Assembly (NCBI GenBank): GCA_038087875.1
Contig: CM075997.1
Span: 3,536,001-3,600,000 of the forward strand
DNA: 64,000 nucleotides
Source of the DNA: Malacoraja senta
Taxonomy: Eukaryota
Reading direction: 5' to 3'
A program made the position numbers and the translations under genes. Positions 12,507-26,621 of the stretch are shown here, one piece after another (the stretch's first letter is position 1; each line of letters opens with the position of its first letter). The notes below the pieces were generated by a model that saw only the letters and a list, made by a program, of their open reading frames with translations, ran no database searches and was not told the origin of the DNA.

Positions 12507-13337
12507 AGGTAAGCAGTATGTTGCAGTTCATTCCTTTGGGATTTACACACGTATAAAGATGTAGCACGCCAATTACCTAGGGTTCTAGAGAGGGCATGCC
12601 TGGAATATTATATACAGGTTGCCACCTGTGTAAGGATGAACATTCGATTGAAGAAAATAGAATGTAAATTAATTATTGGGTTGGAGGGGAGAGGACGGGG
12701 GCACGGTGAAATTCAAAATAAAGGATGGCCATTCAAGACTGAAATGAAATGAAATTTCTTTACCCTGAACTTACTCGTACATCTAGAATTCTCAACCCAA
12801 GAATGCTGTGGAGTATGTCTCTGAAGGCAGAGAGAGATATTTGGAATTGATGGGAATCAAGTTTATTGCTGAAAAGGAAGAAAAAAATCAGCCATGGTCT
12901 TTTTGAGAGGTGAAGCAAGAAACAGAGAGGCTGGCTGCTGCCTCAATTTTTTACTACCTTACTACTAAAGCAGGGTAGGGGTTTCAGAATAAAATCTGAG
13001 CTTTGTGAAGAAGCTTTCCATCAGATGACTAAAAATTTGTTTAACGATGGAGGTTTCAAAGTAAGAAATGTGGAGGTTTGAGTTGGAATTTTGAGAACTC
13101 AGGTCTTGGTAGCTGTAGGCATGATCTCAGGAGGAGAACTGAATAAATTCAGGGATGAGCAGCAGGCTTGATGGATAATTTAGATGCTGAGTTAAGGATG
13201 GGAAATGAGGATCATCAGGTAGGAAAGTGTAGGATTGATCATGGTGTTACTGAAGGTGGTGCATGCTCAAGAAGTAGTGTAGCCAATTGTTGCATTTGTT
13301 TTTTCTGTCAGGAGCAGAAGTATCTAAGTGTGATTTA

Positions 13338-13544
13338 TGGGCCTGTCCCACTTAGGCGATCTTTTGAGCAACTACAGGCGACTGCCGCAAAAATTTCAAC
13401 GTGTTGAAAATTCTTCAGCGACAGTGACGACAATTTTTGTTGACGTAGGTGTTGTTGTAGGTTGTCTCCAGGTGTTGTAGGTGAATTCCATTAAAACTAG
13501 TCCCCGGCAGTCGCCTAAAGAGTCGCCTAAGTGGGACAGGCCCT
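13338..13544. mobile_element. PIF/Harbinger-type MITE, C-like variant
   Basis: TIRs GGGCCTGTCCCACTTAGGCGA / TCGCCTAAGTGGGACAGGCCC, TTA on both sides; internal palindrome AAATTTCAACGTGTTGAAAATT. Confidence 0.8.
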
Positions 13545-15006
13545 TAGGGCGGAAGATAATAGAGTGAGAGAATTGAGACCTTGGAGGGACTGAAAACAAG
13601 ACAGAATTTTAAAGTAGAAGCTATTCAATAAAGAGTCGTCGTGGCGAAAACACAGGGATAATGAGTGAATGGGACTTGATCTCTGTTAGCGTGCAATGAA
13701 CTAATAATTAATTAGGACAATTATTACTATAACTGGAAGCTGAAATCAACTTTTTTTGTATCATTTGATCCCTGTTTCAAAAGCAAATACAAAATGCAAA
13801 CAGCATATTTTTCAAAAATCTTCATAAGACATAAATCATTACACAATCATTGACGACAACCAGGACACAGTGACCTGTGGGAACTAAATTAACCTAATTC
13901 GCTCTGCAGTACACTTACAGATTGTCGTGACATAATAATGCATTGTGCTAAGCCTTCATATTAAGACTTGCAGTGCTTTGACACTTAGGGTTTAATTCTC
14001 TTTGCTGGTCAGAAAAGATCAGATGCACACTGTGAGAAGTGTGGCTTCTGGCACACTCTTCATAGCACTGTGAAAAACAGCTTTTTCCCTTTGAGTTAGC
14101 GCAAATCATCAGCAGTAGTTTGCAAGCTGGTGCAAACAGACAGGAAACATAAAATTCCCTTTCTCATCCAGTAGTTCACAGGCTTATAGCACATTCCCCA
14201 CAGCTTCACCGGTAGCAATCCTTGGTGAAAGTTTGACTGAACTTTTGCAGTGCTGTCACCCTGTCTACCACTCTGGTGGGATTCAACTTGAGAGAGTTTC
14301 CCATAGACCCATGCTGCAACTTTTAATTTATCCTACCATAGGTAATAAGGAGATATTTATAATAGAGCATAGGAAGCCATTCACCTCATCATACTTTTAT
14401 TAGCTTTCTGAGAGTTTACAGTTAATCCCACTCAGAAAGATTTTCTCACATGTTATAGTGAATCTTTGGGATGTTACACTACAGCAAGCTCTAGATTGTT
14501 GGTGAATTGCACACTGGCATAGAAATTGAGCTTTGCAAGTTCTTCTTCGTCTTGCGTTTGAGGCAGCAGAAGTCTGCAGCAGGCAAGTTCAGTAAACATG
14601 GTATAAGAAAAGGACTGAGAAATAGAATTGATGCCAAATGTGCATGATCGGATAGAACAGTGGCATACCCTCAAGCGCTATTCCTATCTTTAATGTCAGC
14701 ACTTTTCCTTTGGACTGAACCTTTAAAACTATCTAAAATAATAAACTTAGTTTGAAGATTTGCTACTGTTAGGTGCAGAGGTAGTTCCAGGAATGAATGA
14801 ACGAATGAATGAATAAGGAATACACTGCAGATACCTTACTGCCTTGCACATTTGTATAAAAAACCCGATATAACCCTTTAGTTAGAATTCTATTGGTGTT
14901 GTATGTGACAGTGGTTGAAAGGAGGAAAAATAGCAGTGGGTAATATTAAGTTATTTTATCTTGGAAATGTAATTCTGATAATTGGAGATACTTAACTTGA
15001 AGCATG

Positions 15007-15102
15007 GTACACAAAAATGCTGGAGAAACTCAGCGGGTGCAGCAGCATCTATGGAGCGAAGGAGACGGGCAACGTTTCGGGCCGAAACCATTCTTCAGAC
15101 TG
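15007..15102 (-). mobile_element. Short Penelope-derived insertion with hammerhead-like core
   Basis: 13-bp TSD AACTTGAAGCATG (14994-15006, 15103-15115). Confidence 0.82.
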
Positions 15103-16459
15103 AACTTGAAGCATGTATCTGAGTTGGTCCATAACAGCTGCCTCAGAGTTCCTCTTTGGGCCAATGTTACATTTTGTTTGTCCTGCAAGTACCTTGGGTA
15201 ATTTTGCATTACTAAAATCATTATTTAAATACAAGTTGCTGCTGTGCTCTGAATCAGTGTGTTCTTCAGCAACTGTTGTATACCAATGGATTTGATGATT
15301 CTGTGAAGGTCCTTGTTAATGCAGATTGTTGTGAATCGACTGCTGTAAACTGAAGAATTTTATCGGGTTATTTATTAAAAGCCGTGCTATTGAATTTGGT
15401 ATTTAACTAAATACAGTGTAGTTTCCACTTTCGTATTTAGCAGGCTTCTTCTGTTATAAGCAGATAGATAATATGTAGGCTTGTATTTTTCGAAAACTTC
15501 CACAACATTATTAATGGACTGCTTTATGAAAAAGGAAAATAAATATATTTCCATTGTGCACCTTTCAGGAAAGAAAGATATGCCAGGGAGCCAAAAAACA
15601 TGCATGGGTTGGTCCCAGCTGGTGAGGTTACCTGCGCAGCAAGTGGCTTGAGCTTCTTTGGGCTAGGGATTGCAAAAGTCAAGCGAGGTTCCTGATCCCA
15701 CTTGCTCCGGTTAAAAGATTTGCAGTCTTGCATCCTGTACAAACAAACATCTTGAATGCTTGTTGAAGGTGAAGCTATTGGGAGGATGCATTATGCTCAT
15801 AGAACTTTATGCCAGCAGAATTAGGGCATTTAAAGATCACTTAGAATCTGCTGAAAGCATGATTTTGTTGACTTGAGTGAAAACTGAAAGTTCTCTTTGG
15901 TTCACCTGCAGCTTGTATTTCACATGTGCCTGGGGTGAGAATGTTAACACCCAATTCACAGCGCTACATTATCCTCAGCACATGCCAGAAACACACCATT
16001 AGGTGCGCCTGTGAACCTTGGTGCTACCTAAGACTCGGAAGTGCTGCTATTGGGCAGCCCTTTGATATACAGACACTTTGAAATGCTGACCAGCCATCAA
16101 AGGGAGTGCTTTGATTCCCACTGGCCATAATTACAAGGAGTTCCCATCACTGAAAGAGTTTCCCAAGAGCTTGTTCTTTTGTAAAAGGATATATTGATCT
16201 TTGGTGTTTACCCTGGGAATATAGCATTGCTTGACATCATTCAAATAATAGACTTCTGCAGAGTTGCAGTCAGGAAAGGTTTGTTCATGCCCACCATGTC
16301 AATGGAACCTTCTAACTTAGTTGAACACCTTTTATCTAATTTTCTTTCCCCATTCTCTGTCGTACAGCCCTGTACCCTACCCCACCAGTTTTGTGAAAAT
16401 AATTGATTTGGAATAGTATTCCTGTCACCAATGGATCTGGGGAACCAAATTCAAAGGTT

Positions 16460-17460
16460 AACATAGAACAGTACAGTACAGGAACAGGCCCTTCGGCCTA
16501 CAATGTCTGCACTGTGCCTGCTGCCAAGTTAAACTAATTGCCTCTGCCTGCACGTGAACCATATTCCACCATTCCCTGCATATCCATATGCCTTTCTAAA
16601 AGCCTCTTTACTGCCACTATCACATCTGCCTCCAAACTGGCAGCGTGTTTCAGGCACCCAACATTCTGTGTGTTAAAAAAAAACTTGCCCTGCACATTTT
16701 TACCAGAATGCTGTCTGGATTAGAGGGTTTCAGCTACAGGGAGAGGATGAATAGACTTGGATTGTTTTCTCTGGAACGTTAGAGGTTGGGGGGAGACTTG
16801 TGAGAAGTATCTTAAATGATGAGAGGCATAGATAGGTCCTTTTTCCCCAGGGTGGAAAAGTCCAGAACTAGAGGGCATAGCTATAAGGTGAGAGGGTGAA
16901 AATACAGTGGAGATGTGCGGAGCAAGTTTTTTTTTTTTTACACAGAAGATGGTAGGCCTGGTAAATGCATCGCTAAGGTTGGTGGTGGAGGCAGATATGA
17001 TCGTGGCGTTTAAGAAGCTTTTAGATAGGCTCATGTATTTGCAGGGAATGGAGCGATATGGATAATTTGCAGGCAGATGAGATCAGTTCAGCAAGCATTA
17101 TGTTTGGCACAAACATTGTGGCCCATTCCTGTGTTGTACTGTCCTATGCTCTGTTATCTCCTTTAAACTCCCCCCCCCCCTCACCTTAAAGCTATGCCCT
17201 CTAATCCTTGACATTTCTACTGTGGGAAAGTGGTTCTGACTACCATATCTATGGTTCTCATAATATTATATACGTCTATCAGGTCCCCCCTCAACCTCTG
17301 ACATTCCATAGAAAACAATCCAAGTTTGTCCAACCTCTCCTTACAGGTAATACCCTCTAATCCAGGCAGCTTTCTTCTGTACCCTCTCCAGAATCTCCAC
17401 ATCCTTCCTGTAAAGGGGCGACCAGAACCACACACAACACTCCAAAGTTAGTCTAACTAC
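16460..17460. mobile_element. Nested CR1 3' ends: a + strand copy (~16705-17150) inside a - strand copy
   Basis: Minus ORF LPGLEGITCKERLDKLGLFSMECQRLRGDLIDVY; the homologous segment occurs on the + strand at 16710-16900. Confidence 0.75.
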
Positions 17461-19247
17461 TTGAGTGGGAGGGCAGGTACTTTCACAACATTTAAGAATT
17501 ATTTAGATAAGCACTTGAATTGGTGTAGCATATTTGACAAGTCTTACTGAAAAACATGCTTTGTCTAAATTCATGTATTCACCAGCCAGAAATGATAAAA
17601 GTCCAATAAAGTTATTCCAATCGCAAATATATTGTGGAGCAAGGGGGAAGAAAACTGTCTCACTGGAAAAATGTTTCCTATTTCATTGTTCCCAACTCTT
17701 TGATGCTAGAAAGATATTATGACCCATTCTATCTCCTTCTGCTGCCAGAGTCATTGGCTCTTTGCTGGGTTGTAATTCCACAGATGTTGGATCCTCTTTG
17801 GTATCTTGCCCAATTGTGCAAAATGGCTTCATCCATAAAGTTATAGATTCTATAAAACTTCTTTGCCGTCATATTGCAGTAAATCTTGATTTCATGAAAA
17901 TTCCTTATTTATATTTTACGTTAGTTAAAACTGACAGTGGAGACTTCCAATTTAATTTAAGTCTGAGGAAGGGTCCCAACCTGAAACGTCACCTTTCCAT
18001 ATTCTGCTGAGATGCTGCCTGACCCGCTGAGGTTACTTCATCATTTTATGTCTAATTAAATTTGAGATCCTTGACACTGCTAGAAATGCCGGTCAAGAAG
18101 TCCGGAAGCCAATTGCAGATGGAGGCCCATAGGTCAGTCCAGAAAATTAGGGATGACCTTATTCACTATTTTGCAGTGTTGAAGGCTGAGCCATAGTCCG
18201 TTTTTTGCACAACTCGGATATTGCAAAACAATCTTGTACCATTTGCATTTAGCATTATATTTATTATTGTATTTATTACTGTACATATATACTGTTTACA
18301 CTGTGAGTTCATGTGAACCAGGGATTTCATTGCTCCCTGTTGTATATAACACCAAACTAATCTAATCTAACCTACATAACAAAATCCTCCTGCTTCCGCA
18401 GTGATCTCAAAGAATATGAGAATCTTTAATAGTATGATAGTGAATACTTGGCCTGAGCTGAAGAGGAAAAGTAGAATATGGTTAGGCTGAATATGAGTGG
18501 AGTTTTAAGTCACAGAAGATGATTTTTATGAGAGCTTTCTTGGTATCAGGATATGTAAGGCTCTAGCAGCAAGAATTTAGCAGCATTGCTGGACCATGAT
18601 CAGAGTTGGGAGAAAATGTATTGCATAATGTAAACCAGGATGTCTCAATGCCAGTGAGGCAGCACTCAGTTAGATTAGCAGAGGAGATAAAGGTGATAAT
18701 GTGACAAAATTAAAGAGCTGAGTTGGTTTTACGTTCTGAGCTCATGTCCTTTCGTTAAATTTTAAGGAAGAGCTTTGTGTGAAGGAGTTATTTTTTCTTA
18801 AAAGTGGTCTGTTTTGGGGAATTGTTTGATAAATTGTCAAATTCTAATATTTCAATTCACTGATTCTCAATTGCCCTCAAAAGTAAACCGAAGTTGTTTT
18901 TGTTTCTGTGTTGAAATTGCACACAATCCAGTTAACTGCCTTTAGTGAAACATTATACATACTAATCATTGTGGATCAGATGTAAACTTGTGAATCTAAC
19001 CTCACCATTAATTAGATTTGGCTCTTTGAGAAAGCTGCAGACATTGTAAATAATATATGGCATTAATTTTGTAATACTTGGCTACTTGCCCTCTTTAGAA
19101 AATGGAGGAGTAAAATTCTGAAGTCTTGTAAATGTTGTTTGTGGAACGTTGAGCCAGCGTCTCTTAACAGGCTTTATTACAGGAGCAGCTTTGATAGTAT
19201 ACAAAACACTTGAGAAGTGGTGGTCAAGCAATGCTGGTGGCTTCATG

Positions 19248-19487
19248 TGTAGGAAGGAACTGCAGATGCTGGTTTAAGCCAAAGATAGACACAAAATGCT
19301 GGAGTAACTCAGCAGGACAGGCAGCATCTCTGGAGAGAAGGAATGGGTGACGTTTCGGGTCGAGACTCTTCCTCAGATGGAAGGAAGGGTCTCGACCCGA
19401 AACGTCACCCATTCCTTCTCTCCAGAGATGCTGCCTGTCCTGCTGAGTTACTCCAGCATTTTGTGTCTATCTTTGGCTTAAACCAGC
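19248..19487. mobile_element. Near-perfect palindromic Penelope-derived insertion
   Basis: ~100-bp exact inverted arms; TSD TGGCTTCATG (19238-19247, 19488-19497). Confidence 0.88.
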
Positions 19488-20082
19488 TGGCTTCATGACC
19501 CTTAATGCTGAGAGTACTATCAATTGAGCCAATCTGACATGGTATAGGGAAAATTTTTTCATTTGAAAAAAAAATTCTATTTGTAAAGAATGGGCCGCAG
19601 ATTTGTCCATGTTTATTCGTTATTCCCTGCGCAGCAGTGGGTTGGTGCCAAATGAACATTGAGCTGTAGCCTAGACATGGTGCCTGGATTGTTCACTTGC
19701 AGCTAGCTGGAAATTTGCATAGCTGAGAGGCAGAGGAGCAAACCCTGACGAAGATAGGTGCAAGAATTGAAGATGCGTGGAGCAAGGAAATCTTGTTCAC
19801 TAAAATGCAGAAAATTGTGGTTTGAAATATTAAGCATCTGATTTTGGGGGATTTCTTTTCAGATAAACCTCAACCAATGTTTATAATCCCAAACAACTGA
19901 ACCAAAGACGTTGATTCCTTATTATTATTTTATACTGTAACAAATGGAGTTACCTAGTGTAGGTATCTATTGGAATATCATTTATCCATGTGAAGTATGA
20001 CTCTGATATGTTTTCACACCTGTAGACTGTTTCTGGACTGCAGTTTCGCAGGTGTCCCCTGTCACTCGGATACATTTCACAG

Positions 20083-20313
20083 TTTAGTTTAGAGAGACAG
20101 CGCGGAAACAGGCCCTTCTGCCACTGAGTTCGCGCCCACCAGCCGTCCCCGCCTTTGGACGTATGTCTTTGGAGTGTCGGAGGAAACCGGAGCACCCGAA
20201 GAAAACCACATGGTCATAGGGAGAACGTACAAACTCCGTACAGACATCACCCGTAGTCAGGATCGATCTTGAGTCTCTGGCGCTGCAAAGCAACAACTCT
20301 ACCGCTGTGCCAC
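20083..20313 (-). mobile_element. V-SINE (HE1-like), internally deleted
   Basis: Head and tail match the family. Confidence 0.8.
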
Positions 20314-20739
20314 CATGCTTGTTGATACTTGGCATGAACATAAACCTAATTTTGATGTGGTCTTGCTGAAGACAATTGGAATTGGAGGCATCAGCTGAAA
20401 GATTTTTTTTTAAATTGCCTCTAGCCCAGGGCAAGCAGACCAATTTAAACACCCCTATTGCTTAGCCAGCTGACAATTCAGGCTGAATAAATGAAGCAGA
20501 GATTTACTGTCTGCATGGTACCATTATGCAGTTCATTTATTCACAAAGGTAAAATTGGTAGGCTGTTCATAATGTTTCCACTCATTCCATTTTGGCAGCA
20601 GCAGGTGAGACAATTTATGTCCAACCATTTTGATTTGCTCCATGAGAAACCAGGAAGTGACTGCGAGCAATGGATACAATAAAGACCGGATACAATAATA
20701 TCCCAGTTGTAGTATTGAAGACATGAGCTCTAGAACTAG

Positions 20740-22100
20740 CTGCATCTCTAGCCCAGCTATTCAGTTCCATCACGATACTGGCATCTACCTGACAAGGTGT
20801 AAAATTGCCCGTTTATATATGTTCACGAAAAGAAAGTCGGAACCAATCCTGGATAATTAGCAGACTATCGATTCTCGTTCATCAGCAAAGTGATAGAATG
20901 TATCAATTATGGTATCATCAACTGACACTGGTCACTAATAACCTGCCCGCTGTTGCTCAGTTTCGATTTTGCTAGGACCACTTAGCTCCAGACTTCATTA
21001 TAGCTTTGCCCAATCATTGACCAAAGAGGCATTTCAACAGGTGCGGAGAGAGTGATTGCCCTTGACATCAGTGTGGCGTTTGAATGTGTATGACATCAAA
21101 GAGCCTGATAAAACTGCTCGGTTAACATCAAGGGGAAAACATTCCAATTGTTGGAGTCATACCTTGCAGAAAAAAAAGATGTCAATTATCTAAGCTTGAG
21201 GTTAATTATATTAGGAGTTTCTTGGGGCCGATTCCTCACCGTTTGACTTGATCATTGGTCTATCTTCCATCAAGAGGTCAGATTTGGAGGCATTGTCGAC
21301 GGTTGCATGATGTTTAATTCCATTAACTACTTTTCAACAAATGGACCAGTGCATGACTGCATGCATCAAGACTCAGAGCATTCAGGTGTGAATTGATAAC
21401 TGGCAAGAAATGGTCATGTAATAAAATTGCTTGGCATATTTCCTCCAAAATAAGGTCCAACACCTACCCTTGACTTCAGTAGCATTACCGTTGCTTATTT
21501 TCCCTGAATCAATATGATGGGGGGGGGGTCACTGTTAACTAGAAACTCAGCTGGACAAGCAAAATAAAATGATGGTGAAAGGAGAAGATCCTGCAGCATG
21601 TGACTGTCCATGACATCTACAAGGCATGAAAGAAGTGTGATAGCAAGTTCTCTTTATATATCCAACAAAACTCAAGAATCTTATTATCCAGGCCAAAGCA
21701 GTCAACTTGTTTGGTACCCTATTCACTGCTCGAAGCATTCAATTTCCCCACCACCACTACTGAGTGGATATGGTGTTTACATTATATAAAATGTACCGTA
21801 TTTACTTGCCCACATCACTCCCAGAACATCTCCTCAACCACGATCTCTTGAACCAAGCAGGACAAAGATAGCAAATATACTGGGAAACTACCTCCGGCAG
21901 GTTCCCCTTCAAGTTTCACATCAAACTGAGTTAGGAAAATATTACTATTCCTTCTTTGATGAAAGACCTTAATCCTAGAATTATCAATCCATCAACACTG
22001 GAAGTACCTTCACCAGATGGACTGCAGTGGTTCAAGAAGGTAGCTGACCACCATCTTCTCAATGGCATGCAGCCTTGCCAGTGATGCTCAGTTCCTGAAG
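20740..22100 (+). mobile_element. Ancient non-LTR (CR1/L2-like) reverse-transcriptase relic
   Basis: LDISVAFECV*HQ at ~21061 resembles the RT motif LDxxxAFDxVWH; heavily degraded; a related minus-strand piece lies near 38830-39200. Confidence 0.55.
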
Positions 22101-23396
22101 AAAAATATCTATAAAGAAGTGAGCCTGGTTAGTTCAACACAGGAGCTATGTTCTCATCAAACTTTTGGAATGAGGCTTAGAATCAACAGAAGGAATAGGG
22201 ACAGCACGCTAAAGCTGTTAACATTCAGCAACAGAAACCCTAATTGAGCAATTTTAATGATGTAAGCCACAACCGGTTTATGTCAGCAGATGTGCGGTTT
22301 GTTGCCAGTAACTAAATTGAAACTAAAATTAATTCTTTAAGCCTTGCCGCAGATGATCTCAGAACTCTTTTGGCAATTGGCAGCGATGACTGTTCTAATT
22401 ACCTATTGTCAGAGAAAGAACAGACGCTGTTTGCAATGCTTCTGCTTAGTGTTTGAATTTCCAGAGCTGTCTAATCATTTGCAGCCTGCTTTGCTTGTTT
22501 TTATGTCAAATTTATTAGTCAAGTGTGCTCGATATGGGACACATGGCAGTCTTCTACAGTGTAAGAAAGTCAGGCAGGGTGGGAAAACTCTATGATGGAG
22601 ATGTGATGTGGGAGGTTTCCTCATCACTTTTGAGTGTAAGGCTTAGAATCCACAGATGTGAGAATACCAGCACTTTTAAGCTATTAGTTTTTGAAGCGAG
22701 GGATCTTTTTATATGCAGGTAAATCTCTTGGAGATATATCACTTCACAGCCCTTGTTCATTTGTTGGGAGCTGAACAAGGAGCTTGATGTGAATGTAGCA
22801 CACGTTCACATTTGGATGTGAAAGCTTCTCTTTTGATCTTTGACTTAACTCATGCCATCTGTATTTTGCAAATGGCCAATGGCCTTTTAGCATGCAGCAC
22901 ACTTCTTCCCGTATTCTGCAGTATTCTGCGTAGGACATAAGGTGAAGAGATTGACGCTGAAGTCTAATTCATGCTCTTCTGTCTGATGCCGTGTTAATTG
23001 CCCACATGTCAGCTAGAGTCAATGCTCTACTTACTTTTTCTGCTCTGGCAGCCCTGCAGTTAGGGCATTACTGGATGAGATGAAGCTAGCTTGAGGGATA
23101 CAATGGCATATGTACCCATGTTGGCAGAGTTGGCCATGTTTTCTCACAATTAGTTTAATGTCTAGAATATATGTGGTGTCGTCCGGAACATTTGGAAGCT
23201 GGGTGAACCTTTGTGCGTGCGTGCGTGTGCGTGTGGGGGGGGGGAGGAGGGAAGAAAGGGAAGGGAGGGTATCAATAATTTTCATGATCTATTTCCTGCA
23301 GATATATGGGCATTTGCTCCTTCAGTGAGTTCTCTAAAATGTTTTCAATGTATTCATTGCAACGCTGCTTGCATTACATTGCAAACTGACAACTTA

Positions 23397-23716
23397 TGGC
23401 ACTGTCCCACGGTACGAGTTCATTCAAGTGCTCTCCCGAGTTTAAAAAAAAAATCAAACTCGTGGTAAGCACGTAGAATGAACGTAGCGGGTACGTCGGA
23501 GCTCGGGGATGTCTCTTAGCGGCTCATAACGCTAACGGCGGGTACTCGGGAAACGCGGTAAGCTCGGGAAGACTCATAAAGATTTTTCAACATGTTGAAA
23601 AATGTCCACTAGAGCCCTGAGTACCGACGAGCGGCTATTACCGTAAATCTCCGAGTTCGAATCAGGGCAAACTCGGGAGAACTCTTTGAATGAACTCGGA
23701 CAGTGGGACAGGGCTT
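23397..23716. mobile_element. PIF/Harbinger-type MITE, subfamily A (opposite orientation to 2313)
   Basis: TIRs CTGTCCCAC / GTGGGACAG, TTA flanks; interior is the reverse complement of 2313-2629. Confidence 0.85.
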
Positions 23717-23794
23717 TTAGTTTGAACTTGCTGCCACTGTGAGACTCCTTGCCCTGTTAGCTGCATGAACTCGCCTAATAATGCCGCATTTAAA

Positions 23795-24110
23795 AAAAAG
23801 ACACACACGGCTGGAGTAACTCAGCGGGACAGGCAAGATCTTTGAAGAACATGGATAGATAATGTTTCAGGTCGGGACCCTTCTTCAGACTGATAGTGGT
23901 GGAGGAGGGAGAACACTGGAAGGGAGGTGGGGTCAGGGTAATGCCTGCCATGTAATTGGCCAGCTTCCAATCCCTCCCCACCACAATCAGCCTGAAAAAG
24001 GGTCCCAAATCGAAAACTCACCTATTCGTGTTCTCCAGAGATGCTGCTGGACCTGCTGAGTTACTCCAGCACTTTGTCTTTTTTGTATAAATCAGCATCT
24101 GCAGTTCCTT
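23795..24110. mobile_element. Older palindromic Penelope-derived insertion
   Basis: Diverged inverted arms GCTGGAGTAACTCAGC / GCTGAGTTACTCCAGC. Confidence 0.7.
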
Positions 24111-25214
24111 GCTGCATGAAATCTCCTATTTAATGCAGCATTGATGCCTGTTTTCTTGATCACTGTCCAGTAAAGAGAGTGAAAAGACAGTTTCACTGTC
24201 TGAATCTTCTTTAACCCAAGCGATAAGATTAGTTGCTCATAAGTGCACGCAGTGTTACTGTTGTTAATGTGGATTCGGTAGAAAAGACTTTGCCAAAAAA
24301 TAGCGATTTCAACAGCGCAGGGGGCTGCAGCCAGAATGGCAGGCAATAGCATTATTTGTTGGGAAGCATCCCAGGAACACAGTTCTGCAGAATTCATCCA
24401 GCATAATTGACCCACTTAGATAATCTGTGTACCCATTTGTTCATGTGAGCACAATGCAAACTTAATTTCCTCTGTGAATTAATGAAGGCAATTCAACTTA
24501 ATTCAAGAGATGCTGAATAATTTCTCATCTGTCATGTCAGAGTCTGAAGGAGAATTGTGAGGAGTTACTCAGTCTTAGCTGCAATTACCAACGTACATTG
24601 TGACTTGTTCTAAGGATCCGTGTTAAACAAGGAGCGGCAGTACTGAAGCAGCCCAGTGACGGCAAAATAAATTCAGTGAGTGTGCGGAGGATAAGAAATG
24701 AAAGATAATGGATCCTGGTGCATTAATGTTGCACGTGGTTGGGAAGAGGAACTCCGTGTACTTGAGTTTGCTGAGGATACAGAGGAAGGAAACCTTGGAG
24801 AAATTAAAAAAATATTCCCCAAATTTTGTACATCAGAAGCAATGCAGGGAAGACTTGTTCCTGACAACAGAGGTTAGTGTTATGATTTGAGAGGAAATTT
24901 TACAAAGCAACCTGGGCCAGATTAACATGGGATTGAAAAGAGAAAAAGACAGAAACACTCAACAGATTGGTCAGCATCAGTGGAGAAAACCCCCCATTGT
25001 TAACAGATCCTTAATATGAATCGGAAAGGTGAGAGGGCTCTAGTGGCACAACTAGTCGAGCTACAGCTTCACAGCTCCAGTGCCCCGGGTTCAGTCCTGG
25101 CCTTCTGGTGCTGTGTGTTCTCCCTGTGACTATGTAGGTTTCCTCCGGCTGCTCAGGTTTCCTCCCTCAAAGGTGACCAGCAGTTAATTCGCCACTGTAG
25201 ATTGCTGTTAATAT

Positions 25215-25592
25215 GTAAGGTAGACAAAAGTGCTGGAGAAACTCAGCGGGTGCAGCAGCATCTATGGAGCGAAGGAAATGGGCAACGTTTCGGGCCAAAA
25301 CCCTTCTTCAAACTGATGTGGGGGGGGGGAGCGGGGAGAAGAAAGGAAAAAGGAAGAGGAGGAGCCCGAGGGTTGAGGGAGAGCTGAGAAGGGGAGGAGA
25401 CAGCAAGGGCTACCGGAAATTGGAGAATTCAATGTTTATGCCGCTAGGGTGCAGACTGCCCAAGCGGAATATGAGGTGCTGCTCCTCTAATTTCCGGTGG
25501 TGCTCACTCTGGCCATGGAGCAGGCCCAGGACAGAGAGGTCGGATTCGGAATGGGAGGGGGAGTTGAAGTGCTGAGCCACCGGGAGATCAGG
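25215..25592 (-). mobile_element. 5'-truncated Penelope-like element inserted into a decayed V-SINE
   Basis: Minus strand encodes a GIY-YIG tail (VAQHFNSPSHSESDLSVLGLLHGQSEHHRKLEEQHLIFRLGSLHPSGIN); 13-bp TSD TTGCTGTTAATAT (25202-25214, 25593-25605). Confidence 0.88.
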
Positions 25593-26621
25593 TTGCTGTT
25601 AATATTTAGATGAGTGTAGTGATAATGGTAGAAATTGAGGGGAGTTGACAGGAATGTGGGAGATGGTTGCTTGATGGCTGGCATGGATTCGATGGACCGA
25701 TTGGCCTGTTTCTGTGCTGTATGAGTCTGGCTCTCCAAGTTAGGTTTAAGTGCAGAGAGGTGGGGGGAGGCGATGGATAGGACAAGATAAGATGTGGCCA
25801 CATTCCACTCCCAGCCCTACTCTGATCTACCTGTTTGTGATCGCCTGTGTAAGTTGCAGCTTTTAAACATGGTAATGATGTATCTTGTACAGGAGTAGAA
25901 TAATGGTTCGGGCTTAAGTACCTGCAAACAAATTTAGAACTGAATCGGAAGGTTCCTCACAAAGTATAATCAAAGCTTGGAGTGATCTTTCAACAATCTG
26001 TCGGAGGTGAGTCTTGACTCAGCCTTTCTTAGCCTTTCTTTTCCTTAACTAATATGATGAAATTGATTTTCAATGTGCATTTCCAGTAGAGTGCAAATGG
26101 AATAGTGCCACAAGAGGTCATGACTGCATTTTATAGTGAGAGAAGTGTTCAAGATACTGTTGCTATTCTGCAAACTTGGGACGAGCCCATTTTACACACC
26201 ACTGCCTGCTGCTCTGGTATGAATCAGGTTGAGGCTCAATCCTTGGCTGGTGCACCTACAATAAGGCAATGTTTGAAATGGTCTCGTCATTGCGTGGATT
26301 GGTGAGGTGTGAACTGTTGAGTCAATGTCCAAAGGCTGCCTTCGAGGGACTCTACTTCAAGTCTGGTCTCTATCTGAAACGTCATTTGTTCATTTCCCTC
26401 CACAGATGCTGCCTGACCCACTGAGTTCATCCAGCACTTTTTTTGCTCATGATTCTGGCATCTGCTGTTTCCTATATCTGCTTCTCTTCAATGCTTGTAC
26501 ATATTTGTGGAGAGATAATCACACTAAATTGTTTCAACGATATCTTTTCACTGAAATGTATGCTGTCTAGGACGTAAATGTAAGGCTAAATTAAATTTTT
26601 GAATTAGAATATTGAATATCC

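Noticed and set aside
25893..26006. Possible exon (TACAG acceptor, GAG|GTGAGT donor)
   Set aside because: Stop codons in all three frames and a weak pyrimidine tract.
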